A stretch of 64,000 nucleotides of DNA from Octopus sinensis (Eukaryota), in NCBI RefSeq assembly GCF_006345805.1, contig NC_043015.1, positions 12,710,001-12,774,000 on the forward strand, in the 5' to 3' direction. This document shows positions 51,985-64,000 of the stretch, piece by piece; the stretch's first letter is position 1; each line of letters begins with the position of its first letter. The notes under the pieces were generated by a model. It ran no database searches. It had not been told where the DNA came from and saw nothing but the letters and a program-made list of their open reading frames with translations. Made by a program: the position numbers and the translations under genes.

Positions 51985-52352
51985 ACAAAAGTGCTGATCT
52001 CTAACTGTGGAGGGAACCTGTGGAAGAGGTAGACCCAACAAGACATGGGACGTGGTGGTGAAGCATGATCTCCGAATGTAGGGCCTCACAGAGGTGATGA
52101 CAAGTGATCATGACCTTTGTTGATTTGCTGTGCTAGAGAAGACTTGTCAAGCCAAGTGAAATCGTAGTTGTGGGCATTGCAGGCAACACGTAAAAGGTAC
52201 TCACTACACTCTCAGAGTGGTTGGTGTTAGGAAGGGCATCCAGCCATAGAAACCAAACCAAATTCAGACTAGAGCCTGGTATAACTCTTCAGCTTACCAG
52301 TTCCAGTCAAGCCATCTAACCCATACCAGCATGGAAAGCAGATGTTAAATGA
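51985..52352 (+). mobile_element. LINE ORF end plus shortened 3'UTR
   Basis: GTGGAAGAGGTAGACCCAACAAGACATGGGACGTGGTGGTGAAGCATGA...AGGAAGGGCATCCAGCC. Confidence 0.75.
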
Positions 52353-55300
52353 CAATGGTATTTACAGAGAGAGAAGGAGACATTTCAACTGAATTGAAAG
52401 TTTTTCTTATTTGTTGTTACTTTGTTACTTGTAGGTAACTGAAGAAAAAACTTGGGGTAATTATGCACTGTAATAGTAACTAAACAACACACTATTAAGA
52501 ATATGAGATGGGTTACTAAATGAGCAGCAGCATGGCTCTGGGTTTGATTCCACTACACAGCACCTTGGGTAAGTGACTTCTACCATAGCCTCAGTTTCAC
52601 CAATATTTTGTAAATGGAATTTGTTAAGTGGAAACTGTGCAGAAGCCCCAACATGAGGGGAACAAAAACAGTGCATTGAATAGGAACACATTGTAGTATT
52701 CATGATCAACTGAGTTATCTTCCATGCAAACATGACTGACTTCTTTTCACAAGGGGTCAATAAAATAAGTACCAGACTATTTGCTGGCAGAGGGTCTAGG
52801 ACAATGCAATTGACTAAAAACTAGTGTCCTATTAAGCTGCAGCCTAATAACTATAAAAGCAGTAAAAAAATAGTAAAGTTGGTATATCCTAGTACTGGTA
52901 GGTAATTAGTTTACATTTAATTTTTAGTTAGTCAATTAACTGAAACAATTGCCAATTCTCACTACTAATATTGATATCAGTTCTCCCAGTTATAAACCCA
53001 ATTAATGATACCAGTAAAAATTAGTTGTATTAATTGCAGAGGAGTTTATTAACCTAAGGTTTTCATGATGGTGTTCAAGTTATATAAAAGAATGTATTGA
53101 AATTATAAGGCTTACTAGAAGCTTAACTTTTAAAAGTTAAAGATATTAGAAAATCTTTCTTTTATTTTTCAAAATTATATTTGAAATTAATTAACTTTAT
53201 TAAATAAATATTAATTTTTCTTGATGGCAATTATTTAAAGGTATAGTGACTGAAATAAATAAGTTACTAAAATAATTGATTAATTGAAAAAGAAAAGAAA
53301 AAAGAAAGATAAAAATCAGGCCAGAAATACAGACTAAAATCAAGATATCCTTTTTGAAAATAGAAACCATATTGTATATGACAAGGTCTGAAAAATGAAA
53401 GTTTTTTGGAATATTCACAGAATGCCTGGTTAATAATTTCTGTTCATCAACCAAGAAGCAGTTACCACATCACAGAACACTTCATGCACGTGCGAAGCTA
53501 TTTTAATGTTGCTCCATAACATCCAGTGATCTTGGAAAGATGATTAAAAATGAGCCTTCTATGGAATCTAAACTAAATGGAAATGTTATAATTTTCCTAT
53601 TTTAAAGAACAAGTACTATATTAGTGGTTTTTGCATGGGTAAAATCAGAGGAGAGGGAAATAAAAATTTGTATCTGATTCAAATATAAATATTCTAACCA
53701 CAGACTTTGAAAGTGGGAAGAGAAAAACGTGGAATGACAGCATGAAGAAGTTTTATATCTAATTTATAAATACTTAGGAATTTTAATATAAGCAATGTGG
53801 GTGTCTTAGTTACTGGGTATTATTAATGTTTACACCTATGGCACGAGTTTATGAATTTCCCCCTTAAGTTACTTATCTGCTACACTAGAATAGTTACCAT
53901 GACAGTATTCTCAGTTAGTCTAAAGGATTTTGAAGAATATGATCAAATTATAAATGACTAACATTCTTCATACAAACAACATGTTTGTATGGAACAATTA
54001 TGTAACTGTTCTAGCTTTCTACACTTGGAGTTCAAACCCCCACCTCATCTCACTGGTAAAAAATGCACCCTTTGGGACCTGATACGAATGGTGATAGAAT
54101 TGGGAAGTTCTTACACAAGTGCCCAAGTATTTCAGCTGATCATTTTCAATGCTGACATGGGAACTTTCCAGTCCTGTGCACTCTCTCTTTAATCTTTTTT
54201 CAACAACTAAATAGACAATACTATAACATAAATACTATTAACTACAATTGATTGCCTATATATCTGTAGAAAAACATGAGAATTAATTAACAATATAGCA
54301 CCTCAGTTTTAATATAATCAGAAACTCATCACTACATTTCCAAATATTGAAAAGAAAAAGTATAGTGGATGATGCAACACTTTTTAAAAATATGAAATTA
54401 TTAAACTAAATTCTTTTTCTATAGCTACAAACCTAAGGAGACAATCATTTAAATGCTTGATTAATGAGCAATATTTTGTTTGGAGTATCTTTTCAAATAT
54501 TCAGTTTAGATTAATAAAGGCTTTTAAAGTAAAAATTTTTTTTTTCATCAAAATATTCCATCACCAAAAAAAGAAAGCTGGACAAAAGAACCAAAACAAG
54601 GAAAAACTGGAAATAGAATTAAAAAGGGAGGAAAAATACAGCAGAATAAAATAAAGTGTCAGAAATATGCAGTAGCAATAGTAGTAATGATAACGATGAT
54701 GATGATGATGGTAGTGGTAATGACATTAAAGAGAGTGACGTTCTGTTGAAGATAGCACTAACTGTAATATTGAAGATGATTATAATGATAAAGAGTAATT
54801 GTAATTATGGTTATGACAGCATCAATATATGCTCATTTTCAGCAAACTAACAAGGAACTAAAGAGCAATGTTAACAATAGCAAGCAATAACCATATTGTC
54901 AACATTGTTATTTGTTTACCTTAACTACTAATAGTTTGTAATTGTAGTCAGTAAAATGAAGAGGACCCGCTACACTATACCAGTTTTTGTGCCAAACTAG
55001 ATTTCAGTGAGTTTCAAGTCTAATAAGAACTTAAGATCAACTCTCAGAATATGTGAAAAGAAACTTGTTTGGCAGCAATCTTATCACAAAGGCAAAAGTT
55101 ATGAGGAGTGTATTAGTTTTAATTAATCTAATAATCAAAGAAGCAATGTAGATGGTACTAATACAGCTGCTGGTAATGATAATTATGATGATGATAATGA
55201 TGAGGAGAGCAGTAGAGAAAGATTGAGATGTGTTTGGCAAGAGAAGATAAGCAAAAAAACGTGCTGAATGTTTGTCTGCTGGATAAGAGAGAGAGAGAGA

Positions 55301-56903
55301 GAGATTGAGAGTTAGTTGTTTATCACAACACAAACACACCTCATTATACTAGAGTTTCAAAGCTCTACTAGTGATTGCTGACAAGCACAATCATTTAAAC
55401 TACTGTTAGTGTGATAAGTATGTATATGAGGTTAGGCATTTCTTTTTTTCTTTGCATTAGTATAGATGTTTGCTTTGTTGGTCTAATCTGTATAGTCATG
55501 ATTACGGGTGTTTGCATGTTTTCTTTGCTTTATCTGTTTGTAGTTGCATGTACATATGAGGGTAATTGCACTATTTAAGTTGTATATTTGTTTTATTTAT
55601 CAGTATGTAATAAAAAGTCAATGTAGGAACTAAAATTTAGGTAAGTTTTTAACAAAAATTCCAGGATGATGAGACATTAAAGTTCCCTTTTTTTAAAGAT
55701 TAATCTTGAAAAAGGGTAAAGCTATGTGTCATATTGTGGTTCTTCTGTTTTTAGCCTGACAAGCATACATAGAAATATATCTAAAATGAGAATGTATATA
55801 ATGTATACTGGCATTCATTAGAAAGTTTCCCTTGGTAGGATGAACATCTAAATCTCAGCTCAAAGTCAGAATTATACTATGCTGTTCTTTGCAAGATTTG
55901 AATAACAGATTGATAAGCATCAGTATGGTATTATTTACAATGATAATTTTGATCAATAAATATAAGGGCTTGACCAGCCGCTATCAGATTGAGCCAGTTG
56001 CTGTCTAGATGTCAGATGTTCGAGGACCCTGTACTACTGACTTCCTCCACCAAATAGGGATAATGACAGTCTGTTGGAGTAATGAGCTCTGTGAGCCGGA
56101 AGTGGCTGCTGCAGTGAGTGTTGCTGGCTATTCTCCAAGGCAATGCTGTCACGGGTACAACTGAGTACACAATTTGTTCTGGGGTATGTGGCCAATTTCC
56201 CCCTCCTATCTACTGCTGCTATACCTCACCCTTTTCTTTTTTTTTTTCTTTATCTCTCTTTTTTCCTGTTTCTTTGTATCTAAATGTTAATAATTTTATT
56301 CTGAAAAGCTATTTTAATAAAGTAAATAGTTTCAAAGAAATTTTCACATAAGCATAAGATTTCAAATCTGTAAGATGTATTTATCAATTGAATCATACAG
56401 ATTCTCAATACACATTTATAAAATGTATACATTTATAAAATATATACATGTATAGTCAATCAAGATGTTACTAAAATTGATATTCAATAGCATGTCATCT
56501 TGTTTTCTATTAAGAGGCTTATTTCTACCAGCTTATATGATATGTAATTTGATGCATGTAGATCATGTATGTCGACAATATAGTGCAACAAAATATAGGA
56601 ATATTCTAATATAATTTATAAATGTTTTGCAATGTATATTTGCTATATAATGTCATAGATAAAGATAATGTAATTTGGATGAGGTAATAGAATTCATAAA
56701 GAGTTTGTTGTTCATATAATGCAGTGCAATGTCTACAGATCGTGTAAGTAATGTAGTGTGTGCATGAAAGAATGAAATTCCAATGCAAAACTTAATGAGA
56801 AAACCTTATAGTGTAGTAGATTTTCATAGCATAAGCAGGAATCTTATTCTGGTCTTCTGCGCTAAGTACTTTTTAGTGTTATCACACCTCTACAGTCACT
56901 TAC

Positions 56904-56912
56904 CTGCCGACA
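56904..56912 (-). CDS. Src42A: Candidate 9-nt cassette microexon TGTCGGCAG, adding V-S-A between YLQ and GKGR
   Basis: cacctag|TGTCGGCAG|gtaagtg. No AG for 92 nt upstream (56915-57006), including a U-rich tract and a UUAAC branch-like motif. Frame-preserving in phase 1. Same position and length as the AIA in Drosophila Src42A YLQAIAGKGR (recalled from memory). Confidence 0.6.
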
Positions 56913-58954
56913 CTAGGTGAGTAACCATCATCATACGTCATTAATCAGGGTGATTAGAGAATTAAAAGAAAATAAAAAAAAAGAAAAGAGAATGTAGTTA
57001 AAAAGGCTTGTCCACACTTTACAAAACAAAAGAAATAAAATGGCATAAATAATATGTGTTTATATGTCTCATAGACTGTTTGTGAAAAGATGAGAAATAA
57101 GTCATCAGTTTAAGTTTATTGGATAGAACTTGAAAAATAATTTTTTAAAAAAAGGCTTTTTTTTAAATGAATGATAAGGGATATTTAAATTTTTAATAAA
57201 ATCTTTCAGTGAAAGAAATCTTGAACCTGAAATATTGGAAATATTTTGATGATGAAAAAATAAATATAGTAAAGATATAAGTTCAACAAAGAACAATATT
57301 TGAAATTAGTTTCAAATATTAATTAATATATCTGATTTTGCAGTTATAAATCATTTTAGCTGAAAAGCAAAGCGAAAATGATACACTGATATCGAAATAA
57401 GATACATCATTGAGAGAGAAAGAAAGAGAATTTGGGGAGATGAGGGAGAAGTGAAGCACAATGGGAGTGAACAAAAACGTCTATGGATATGCAGATACGT
57501 TACATGTTTACATGAATAAATAAAACTTTAGCATATTCAATTAATTTATGAAGTAACTAAAGTAATTGATACATGTCCAAAGTAAACTGTTTCCAATTTG
57601 TGATGCAAGGAAATTAGTGAGAGGTTATTCTCTCTGTTTAGAGTTAAAATTCTAGTTTATTTGTACACTTAAAATCACTTAATGATTGGTGTATCGCAAG
57701 AGTATATAATGAAATCAATTTGAAAAATGACTCAAATTTTAAATGTTAACATCCCAAATTGTTTGTTCTTATCAACAACTGAAGACAAGCACTATTAAAG
57801 AGAACTGTTACTTTGATGTGGAACTATACCACAAATATTGTCATTCGCTAGTCTGGATTAATAAATATTTAGTTTCTTTATATGAAGTAATCTAATGTAG
57901 AGCCCTCAGTCTCTAGTCCTAGAACTTACATATCTACGTATCTCAATCATTAACCTGACAAAAATTCAAATTGAATTTGAATTGTTTGGGTTTTATTTAT
58001 ATCTTCAGTCTAGGATAATCTAACAAAACCACAAGCATAGCTTTTTTCTCTTCAGAAGTCTAAACCAAAATTGAAGACTGATATAAAATGCTTTTATCTA
58101 GATATTTTCCATTTGAGATAGATCAGCAATTTTGGATATCTGCATGAACTTTTGACACCTTTTACAAATGATGCATTTTATGTCATTATGCAATCGATTA
58201 TGAAATGGGAATAAAAGATAATTTCCTAATAGGTAGAATAAAAAATAATAGAAGTCATTTCTTTATTTTTGCTTAACTGATTTATCTATAGCTTAGCCCA
58301 ATACCACTGATATAATACAAGCTCACAGTGCCACATTTCAAAGGTTGATACTTTATTCTCTCAGCTGCTAAGTATTAACTGAAAACATGGAATAATATTT
58401 GTTTCGCTTCTCATTATATAATATGTTATCAACAATTTATGCTGTGATAACATTTTTCAGTGATAGTAAACTGGAGAGCTAGTTATGTGACATCAGATTG
58501 ATATCCAACATTAGGACTGAGAGGTTTGGTTATTTAGTAGTTTCTCCAGTAAATATGATTTAATTAGTAGCAGTTGTTACTAGAACTTAAGGAGAAAATT
58601 CTGTCTTGCCAATCCTGGTAATGAGTTCTTTATTTCCTATTTAGTGAAATGAAAACTTCTCTTATTAGGCAAAAACATGATGGAGGCAGGTGCAACAAAG
58701 AATGAGTATATACATAGGAAGCCTGGAATTCAAATCAAAGCTATGTCAAAATTAAAGTTCAAATAAATGTTTCTATTAAATTTGTTGCTTAAAAATGAAG
58801 CAAAATGTATTTGTTTTTGTTTAAAGAGAAAATATAAATATCAAATGACTATGAGAGTTAATATGACGGAATGCTCAAAACATTTTTAACAATGTAGAAT
58901 ATAAAAAAAAAAGCCTCAATCAAGTGTTGCAAAATTAACAAAGAAAAAAATCCT

Positions 58955-59330
58955 CAGAAATCTTGCCTATGACTTCATAATGGAATTTAGACATCTGAAC
59001 TTTTTATATGATCTAGATGACCTGTGTGAGCAAAATACTGACTTTTATATGGTCTTCATTGACTTGACCAAGACGTTTGATACAGTGAATCATGAGGGGC
59101 TTTGGAAAATTTTGCCAAAAGTTGGTCTGCTTGATAAAACAATAAGGGTAATAGTATCTTAGCATGAAGGAAGGATGGCAACAGTGATATCTAGCAGTCA
59201 AAGGCATTTTCCGTTTCCACTGGAACTAAACAGGGCTGTTTTAGTTCCTGTACTTTTTATCATATTCTCTTTGGTGATGTTCCAACATGCTTTTGAAGAT
59301 TATCTTGAAGGTGTAAAATTTTAGACAGAG
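58955..59330 (+). mobile_element. RTE LINE reverse transcriptase fragment
   Basis: EQNTDFYMVFIDLTKTFDTVNHEGLWKILPKVG...GTKQGC. Confidence 0.8.
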
Positions 59331-61990
59331 ATCTACTAAACCTAAATGGGCAAAGATTCAGATTTAAAAAAAAAAAAAAGATCAAAGAAGAGATTCTTTA
59401 ATAATGATAATTTTGGTGGAGGTGAGAGTTGATTACATTGATCTCAGTGTTCAATCATCATCATCATCATCATTTAATGTCCGTTCTCGAAGCTGGAATG
59501 GGTTGGATGGCTTGACAGGAGCTGGTAAGGCCAAGAGCTGCATCAGATTCCATAATCTGTTTTGGTTTGACTTCTAAAGCTGGATGCCCTTTCTGATGTC
59601 AACTATTTTACAGAGAGTACTGGATGCTGGCTTGATCCCCAAAAGGATGAAAAGCAAAGTTCACCTCAGCAGAATTAGAATTCAGAATGTAAAGATGGAT
59701 GAAATGCTGCTGGCTCGCCACCAATAATAATAATAATAATAATATAATAATAATTTCTTCAAACTGTGAAGTATCAGCATTCTATCAGCTTTGTTGAAAC
59801 AACAAACTGAATCCACTGACATGAATAACATAAAATAGTTAATGCATGAACTAGTCCAGACTTTCTGATTTTACATTCACTATCAGTAATAATATAATAA
59901 TAATTAATATCTGAATTATCATAGAAATCCTGCTGGTTGCTAATTAGACTGAGAGACAATCTCCCCAAATTATTTTATTAACAATTAGATGTAGATAAAT
60001 TTCTTTCAATAAAATTTTGCTTTATTTTAAAAATTGCATCATAACAAATCGTAATCAAAAGGAAAAAATAAACCAGTATTTTTATGTAAAAAAAAAAGAA
60101 AGATGGGGATGAATGACGCATGGAGATTAAGGACATCAAAATATATTGTATTATATAATCAGTATAGAAAAATGAAATGGTTGTACTTATGTACATATAT
60201 TTGTTGCATATCTAGTATTATGTTAGGTACAAAGTTATATTTTGAGTTCTGCATAAAGTAAAATTTGTGTATGCGTGTGTGTGTGTATATAGATAGATAT
60301 CGAGATATATATATAGTAGAACAAAATCTCAGATACGTAGGACATGTAGAAAACTGGTCACATTTCAAAAATTTGGTAATATGTTTCATTCAGTCAAAAT
60401 TTGTATACTTTGAACACCAATTCTAGATTTATTGTAAATAAATACAATCTGGCATTTTTTGTAATTTTAAGCCTCAAATTTGGGGCATAAATTGATGGAA
60501 ACATGCACTGAGTATCACCTTTTCTACTCATTTTCAGTTTATAAACAAATCAGATATGCAACTTATTGTGTATTTGTTTAATAGACATTTGGAAATGTAG
60601 TGTACAGTAAAAATTTCATCCATAACCAGAGATGGTAAAAAAAAGTGACTAAATTCACTTGGTATGCATAAATGAAATTTTGTGATCTTCAGTCATACCC
60701 TCTCCCTAAGAGTCATGTAATTCCTTTTGAAAACGAAAAAAAGTTCTATAAGCAGTTCAATGGTCAAACTCAGTATGATAGTTACTTGTGTTGCCCTATC
60801 TTTCAGAACAAAAAAATCAGCTCAATATCTAATTAAATATGCAAATTAATATACAAAGTTCAAATATGGATTTTAGGCATAAACATTTCGAATATTGAAG
60901 TGGGTTACATTCCTCAAACCTGTTATATATTTTACTATATTTGAATAGAATTATATCATATCTGTTAATAATCTGTTCAATAAACTATACACAGATACTA
61001 CTGCAGCTAACTTTACTTGATCAATTCCTTGTGTACTCATTTTGAAGAGAAAATCTGAGTACACCAGTAGAAAAATTGAACTTTGTAGATTCAAGTTAAA
61101 TGTCCAAGTTTTTAAATCAGGAAAAAAGTAATTGATAAGCAAAACATATAGCTTGGTTCAAATGATCATAATTCTATGAAATGAAACAAGTCACATGACA
61201 ATAGATACAAAAGTTAAGACTAGACTGTGTAGCACTCAAGAATATTTGTAGTGTCTGAAAACTTGCGACAAACAGAGTGGAATCAAGTAAAGTTAACTGT
61301 GGGCCAGGCAATGGTGCTAAACTGGATAATAGATTAAGTGTAGCACTCAAATAGGCCACACTAGGATTTGAACTCAGAATGTAAAGAGCCCTAACAAATA
61401 CTAAAAGACTTCCTGCTTGATACTTTTAATGATTTTGCTGTTCCATTACCTTAGAATAGTATTTTATTTATGAAAGGCTGAAAGATAGACTTGGAAATTC
61501 AATGGGAACTGAACTCAGAATGCAAGAAGCTGGAATAAATAAGATAAGGCACTTCAGCTGATGCCAATTCATCACTGATGGAGGAGTTTTTCAAGCTATA
61601 AGTATTACTGATCAGTGTGCATTTGCAATAGAGATAATCAAATCTTTTTATGGGTCAAATAAAACCTGATCAACAAGATAAAAAAAAAAGAAAACTTCCA
61701 GCACAGGACCATGTCCTTCAAACTTGGCCATAGTAACAAGGAGTACACTATGAATAGTTAGAAAGAATAAATTCTTATCTGCTGTTGCTTGGTCACAAAT
61801 CCCTTTGTAATTTTCAAAAAAATGTTTGCATTTCACCATGTTTGCATATATATGTTTGTGGGAGGTTTCTCATGTGTGGATGTGCTGTACCTAATATTAA
61901 TGTGCAGAAGTTGAGTGTGTATATATGTATTGTGTGTACAAAATATACTTAATCCTCTGGGAAATATTAATAACAATGTGCAAGAATTAC

Positions 61991-62149
61991 CTTGTAAGTA
62001 GTCCAGTAAACTACCATTTCTCATAAGTTCAGTTACAATGTAGATTGGTTCATCCTGGGTACATACAGCATACAATTGGATTAATTTGCTGTGTCGAAGT
62101 TTCTTCATTATTTGAGCTTCTTGTAAGAAGTCTTTGGGATCCATTGTCC
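61991..62149 (-). CDS. Src42A: Src42A/FRK-type tyrosine kinase, kinase-domain exon A (alphaC to alphaD): (G)[52 protein letters not shown](G)
   Basis: Lies in ORF 61833..62171. Acceptor ttaatttag|GG at 62149, donor CAAG|gtaatt at 61991; 159 nt, phase 1 to phase 1. Sequence closely matches Src42A-type kinases as recalled, including the Thr gatekeeper (IVTELM). Confidence 0.96.
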
Positions 62150-62648
62150 CTAAATTAACAAATGAGAACACAATGAATTAAGTAATTTAATATAATTAAT
62201 TCCTTGCTTCATTCATATTTTTTTCACTGACCAAATACTATCACACATTCTCTAATACCTAACAACAACAAAAATTGATTAGCCACTACAATTTTGGCTT
62301 TGAACAAAGGTGGTAACTAAAGTTAAATTGATACTGTTAACCTATTCTGGTATAATGCTATTAATGAGACACAGCTGAAGGAATCTTTATTTAAAAAGAA
62401 TAAAAATCCATTATAATAAACTACACTTTTATAAATTAAAACTAATAATCATCAGGTTAGATAATTAAGATTGTTATTTGTCCAGTTATTAAATAAAAGC
62501 ACTATGAATTTGTTAAATAGTAGGTATTTACATAAGACTTGCAGTGTTATAAAAAGCCTAAAAAGCTTAAAGTATCATGAAAAACTATTAGAATTTCTTC
62601 AAGAGAGTTGCTGCATCTATTTCACTATCAACAATCATATCAGATATA

Positions 62649-63913
62649 TCAGACTGAGTGAAAAGTAAGCAAGGTTTTGAAACATGAAATTCATCACAAT
62701 ATATTCCAAGAATGTGGAAATTTTATTCATTAAAGTAAGTACCATTGCAATCAACACATTTTTACCAATGAATTACAAGTTTGTTTATTCCAGTAACATA
62801 AAAATCAGAAGTTCTGGAGCTGATGAACTCTTTGAATGCACTTTCAACATCGGTTTGATTTTTGAACTCCTCTCACAGGAAACCATCTAGGTGCTTGAAA
62901 AAGTTCTAGTCGGTAGGAAAAAGGTTTGGGGAATAAGCTGGGTGGGGAAGAACTTTGTAGTCAAGTTCCCTCTACTTCTGGAGCATCATTAGTGAAATGT
63001 GTGGTCGAGCATTGTCATGAAGAATGATTGGCCCTCTTCTGTTGACAAGTCTGGGATAGAGGAGTAGAAGTTTTTCATTCATTTTGGCAATTTTGTGGCA
63101 ATGTTTCTGCAGTTATGGTTTTTCCAGGTTTTAAGAAGTTATAGTGTCCAGCAGTACACTACCAAACAATCACCATAATGTTTCTTTTTGAAGAGCTCAG
63201 GTTTAGGGAAGATTTTCAGTGCTTCATTTTGGTCCAACCACTGTGAAGAACATTCTTTATTATTGTACAGAGTCCACTTTTCATTGCAAATTACAATACA
63301 GTCAAGAAATTGATTGGTCTGGTATGGAGATGAAGCAACGAGCAAATTTCATATCTGCACATTTTCTGATTTTCATTCAAATCATGTGGTACCCATTTGT
63401 TGAACTTTTTTCATTTTCCAGTCGTATGCAAATGGTTGCAGGCAATTTTCTGGCTAACTTGAAGTTCCTTTGCCAGTTCTCAAGTGGTTTTATGTGGATC
63501 TTTCTCAATGACGGTCTTTAATTGACTGTCATCGATGACAGATGGGCGTCCACTATGCTCACAAACTTCAAGGCTCAGGTCTCCACTGCAAAATTGTTTA
63601 AACCATTTTCGAGCTGACTACTCACTGGTCATTTCCTCATCAAACATTTTGTTGACATCATGAGCAGTTTCAGCTGCTTTACATCCTTTTTTGAAGTTGA
63701 ATAGCAAAATTGGCTGAATATCATACTTTGACAGTTCCATTTCAGATGATTGTAACAACAGTGAAAAAAATATCAATGTTAATTTATTGATGCATTTGGG
63801 CAAGTCTATTATCAGACAATTGCAAAAAATGTTTAAAAAAATTCAAAACTCTGCAAACATCCAGTACAAATTCTTCATGGTTCAAAACATTGCTTACTTT
63901 TTACTCAACCTGA
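62649..63913 (-). mobile_element. Full-length (1265 bp) decayed mariner, Hsmar1/cecropia-like
   Basis: TIRs of about 35 bp (TCAGACTGAGTGAAAAGTAAGCAAGGTTTTGAA vs reverse complement of TTCAAAACATTGCTTACTTTTTACTCAACCTGA), TA on both sides. MELSKYDIQPILLFNFKKGCKAAETA and IVICNEKWTLYNN...FPKPEL motifs. Confidence 0.9.
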
Positions 63914-63921
63914 TACTTTAA

Positions 63922-64000
63922 CCCATTAATGTTCAGATTACTGTCAAATATAATGCTCATTTATTCCCACTGTTTTAAATTAATCATGCATTATCTTGTA
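63922..64000 (+). mobile_element. piggyBac-like MITE, cut by the window end
   Basis: TTAA|CCC start and homology to 45177-45396. Confidence 0.7.

Noticed and set aside
62150-64000. Upstream Src42A exons (SH2, glycine-rich loop)
   Set aside because: Not present; this stretch is intron plus mariner, so the 5' part of the gene lies outside the window.

Overview
AT-rich, microsatellite- and SINE-dense animal genomic DNA. The repeat families suggest an octopus or other coleoid cephalopod (inference). The window holds the 3' half of a minus-strand Src42A/FRK-type tyrosine kinase gene: four kinase-domain exons at 62149-61991, 35802-35624, 30579-30423 and 28285-28074 splice in frame with canonical GT-AG sites, and the SH3/SH2 exons lie beyond base 64000. 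About 21 kb downstream, also on the minus strand, is a first coding exon of a second, unnamed gene (7339-7264, signal peptide, phase-1 intron) inside a CpG-retaining stretch. The rest is transposon debris: RTE-type LINE fragments, at least three SINE families, Tc1 and mariner relics, a full-length decayed hAT, piggyBac-like MITEs and a long-TIR fold-back element. Main discovery candidate: the 26 kb phase-1 intron at the kinase alphaD-alphaE loop contains two frame-preserving 9-nt microexon candidates (VSA at 56912-56904, VYD at 51304-51296). Each has a G|GTAAGTG donor and an AG-free upstream zone of about 90 nt. The VSA exon sits in the loop of a hairpin in which a U1-snRNA-like intronic sequence pairs with the exon's own 5' splice site. 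All splicing claims are predictions and need RNA evidence.
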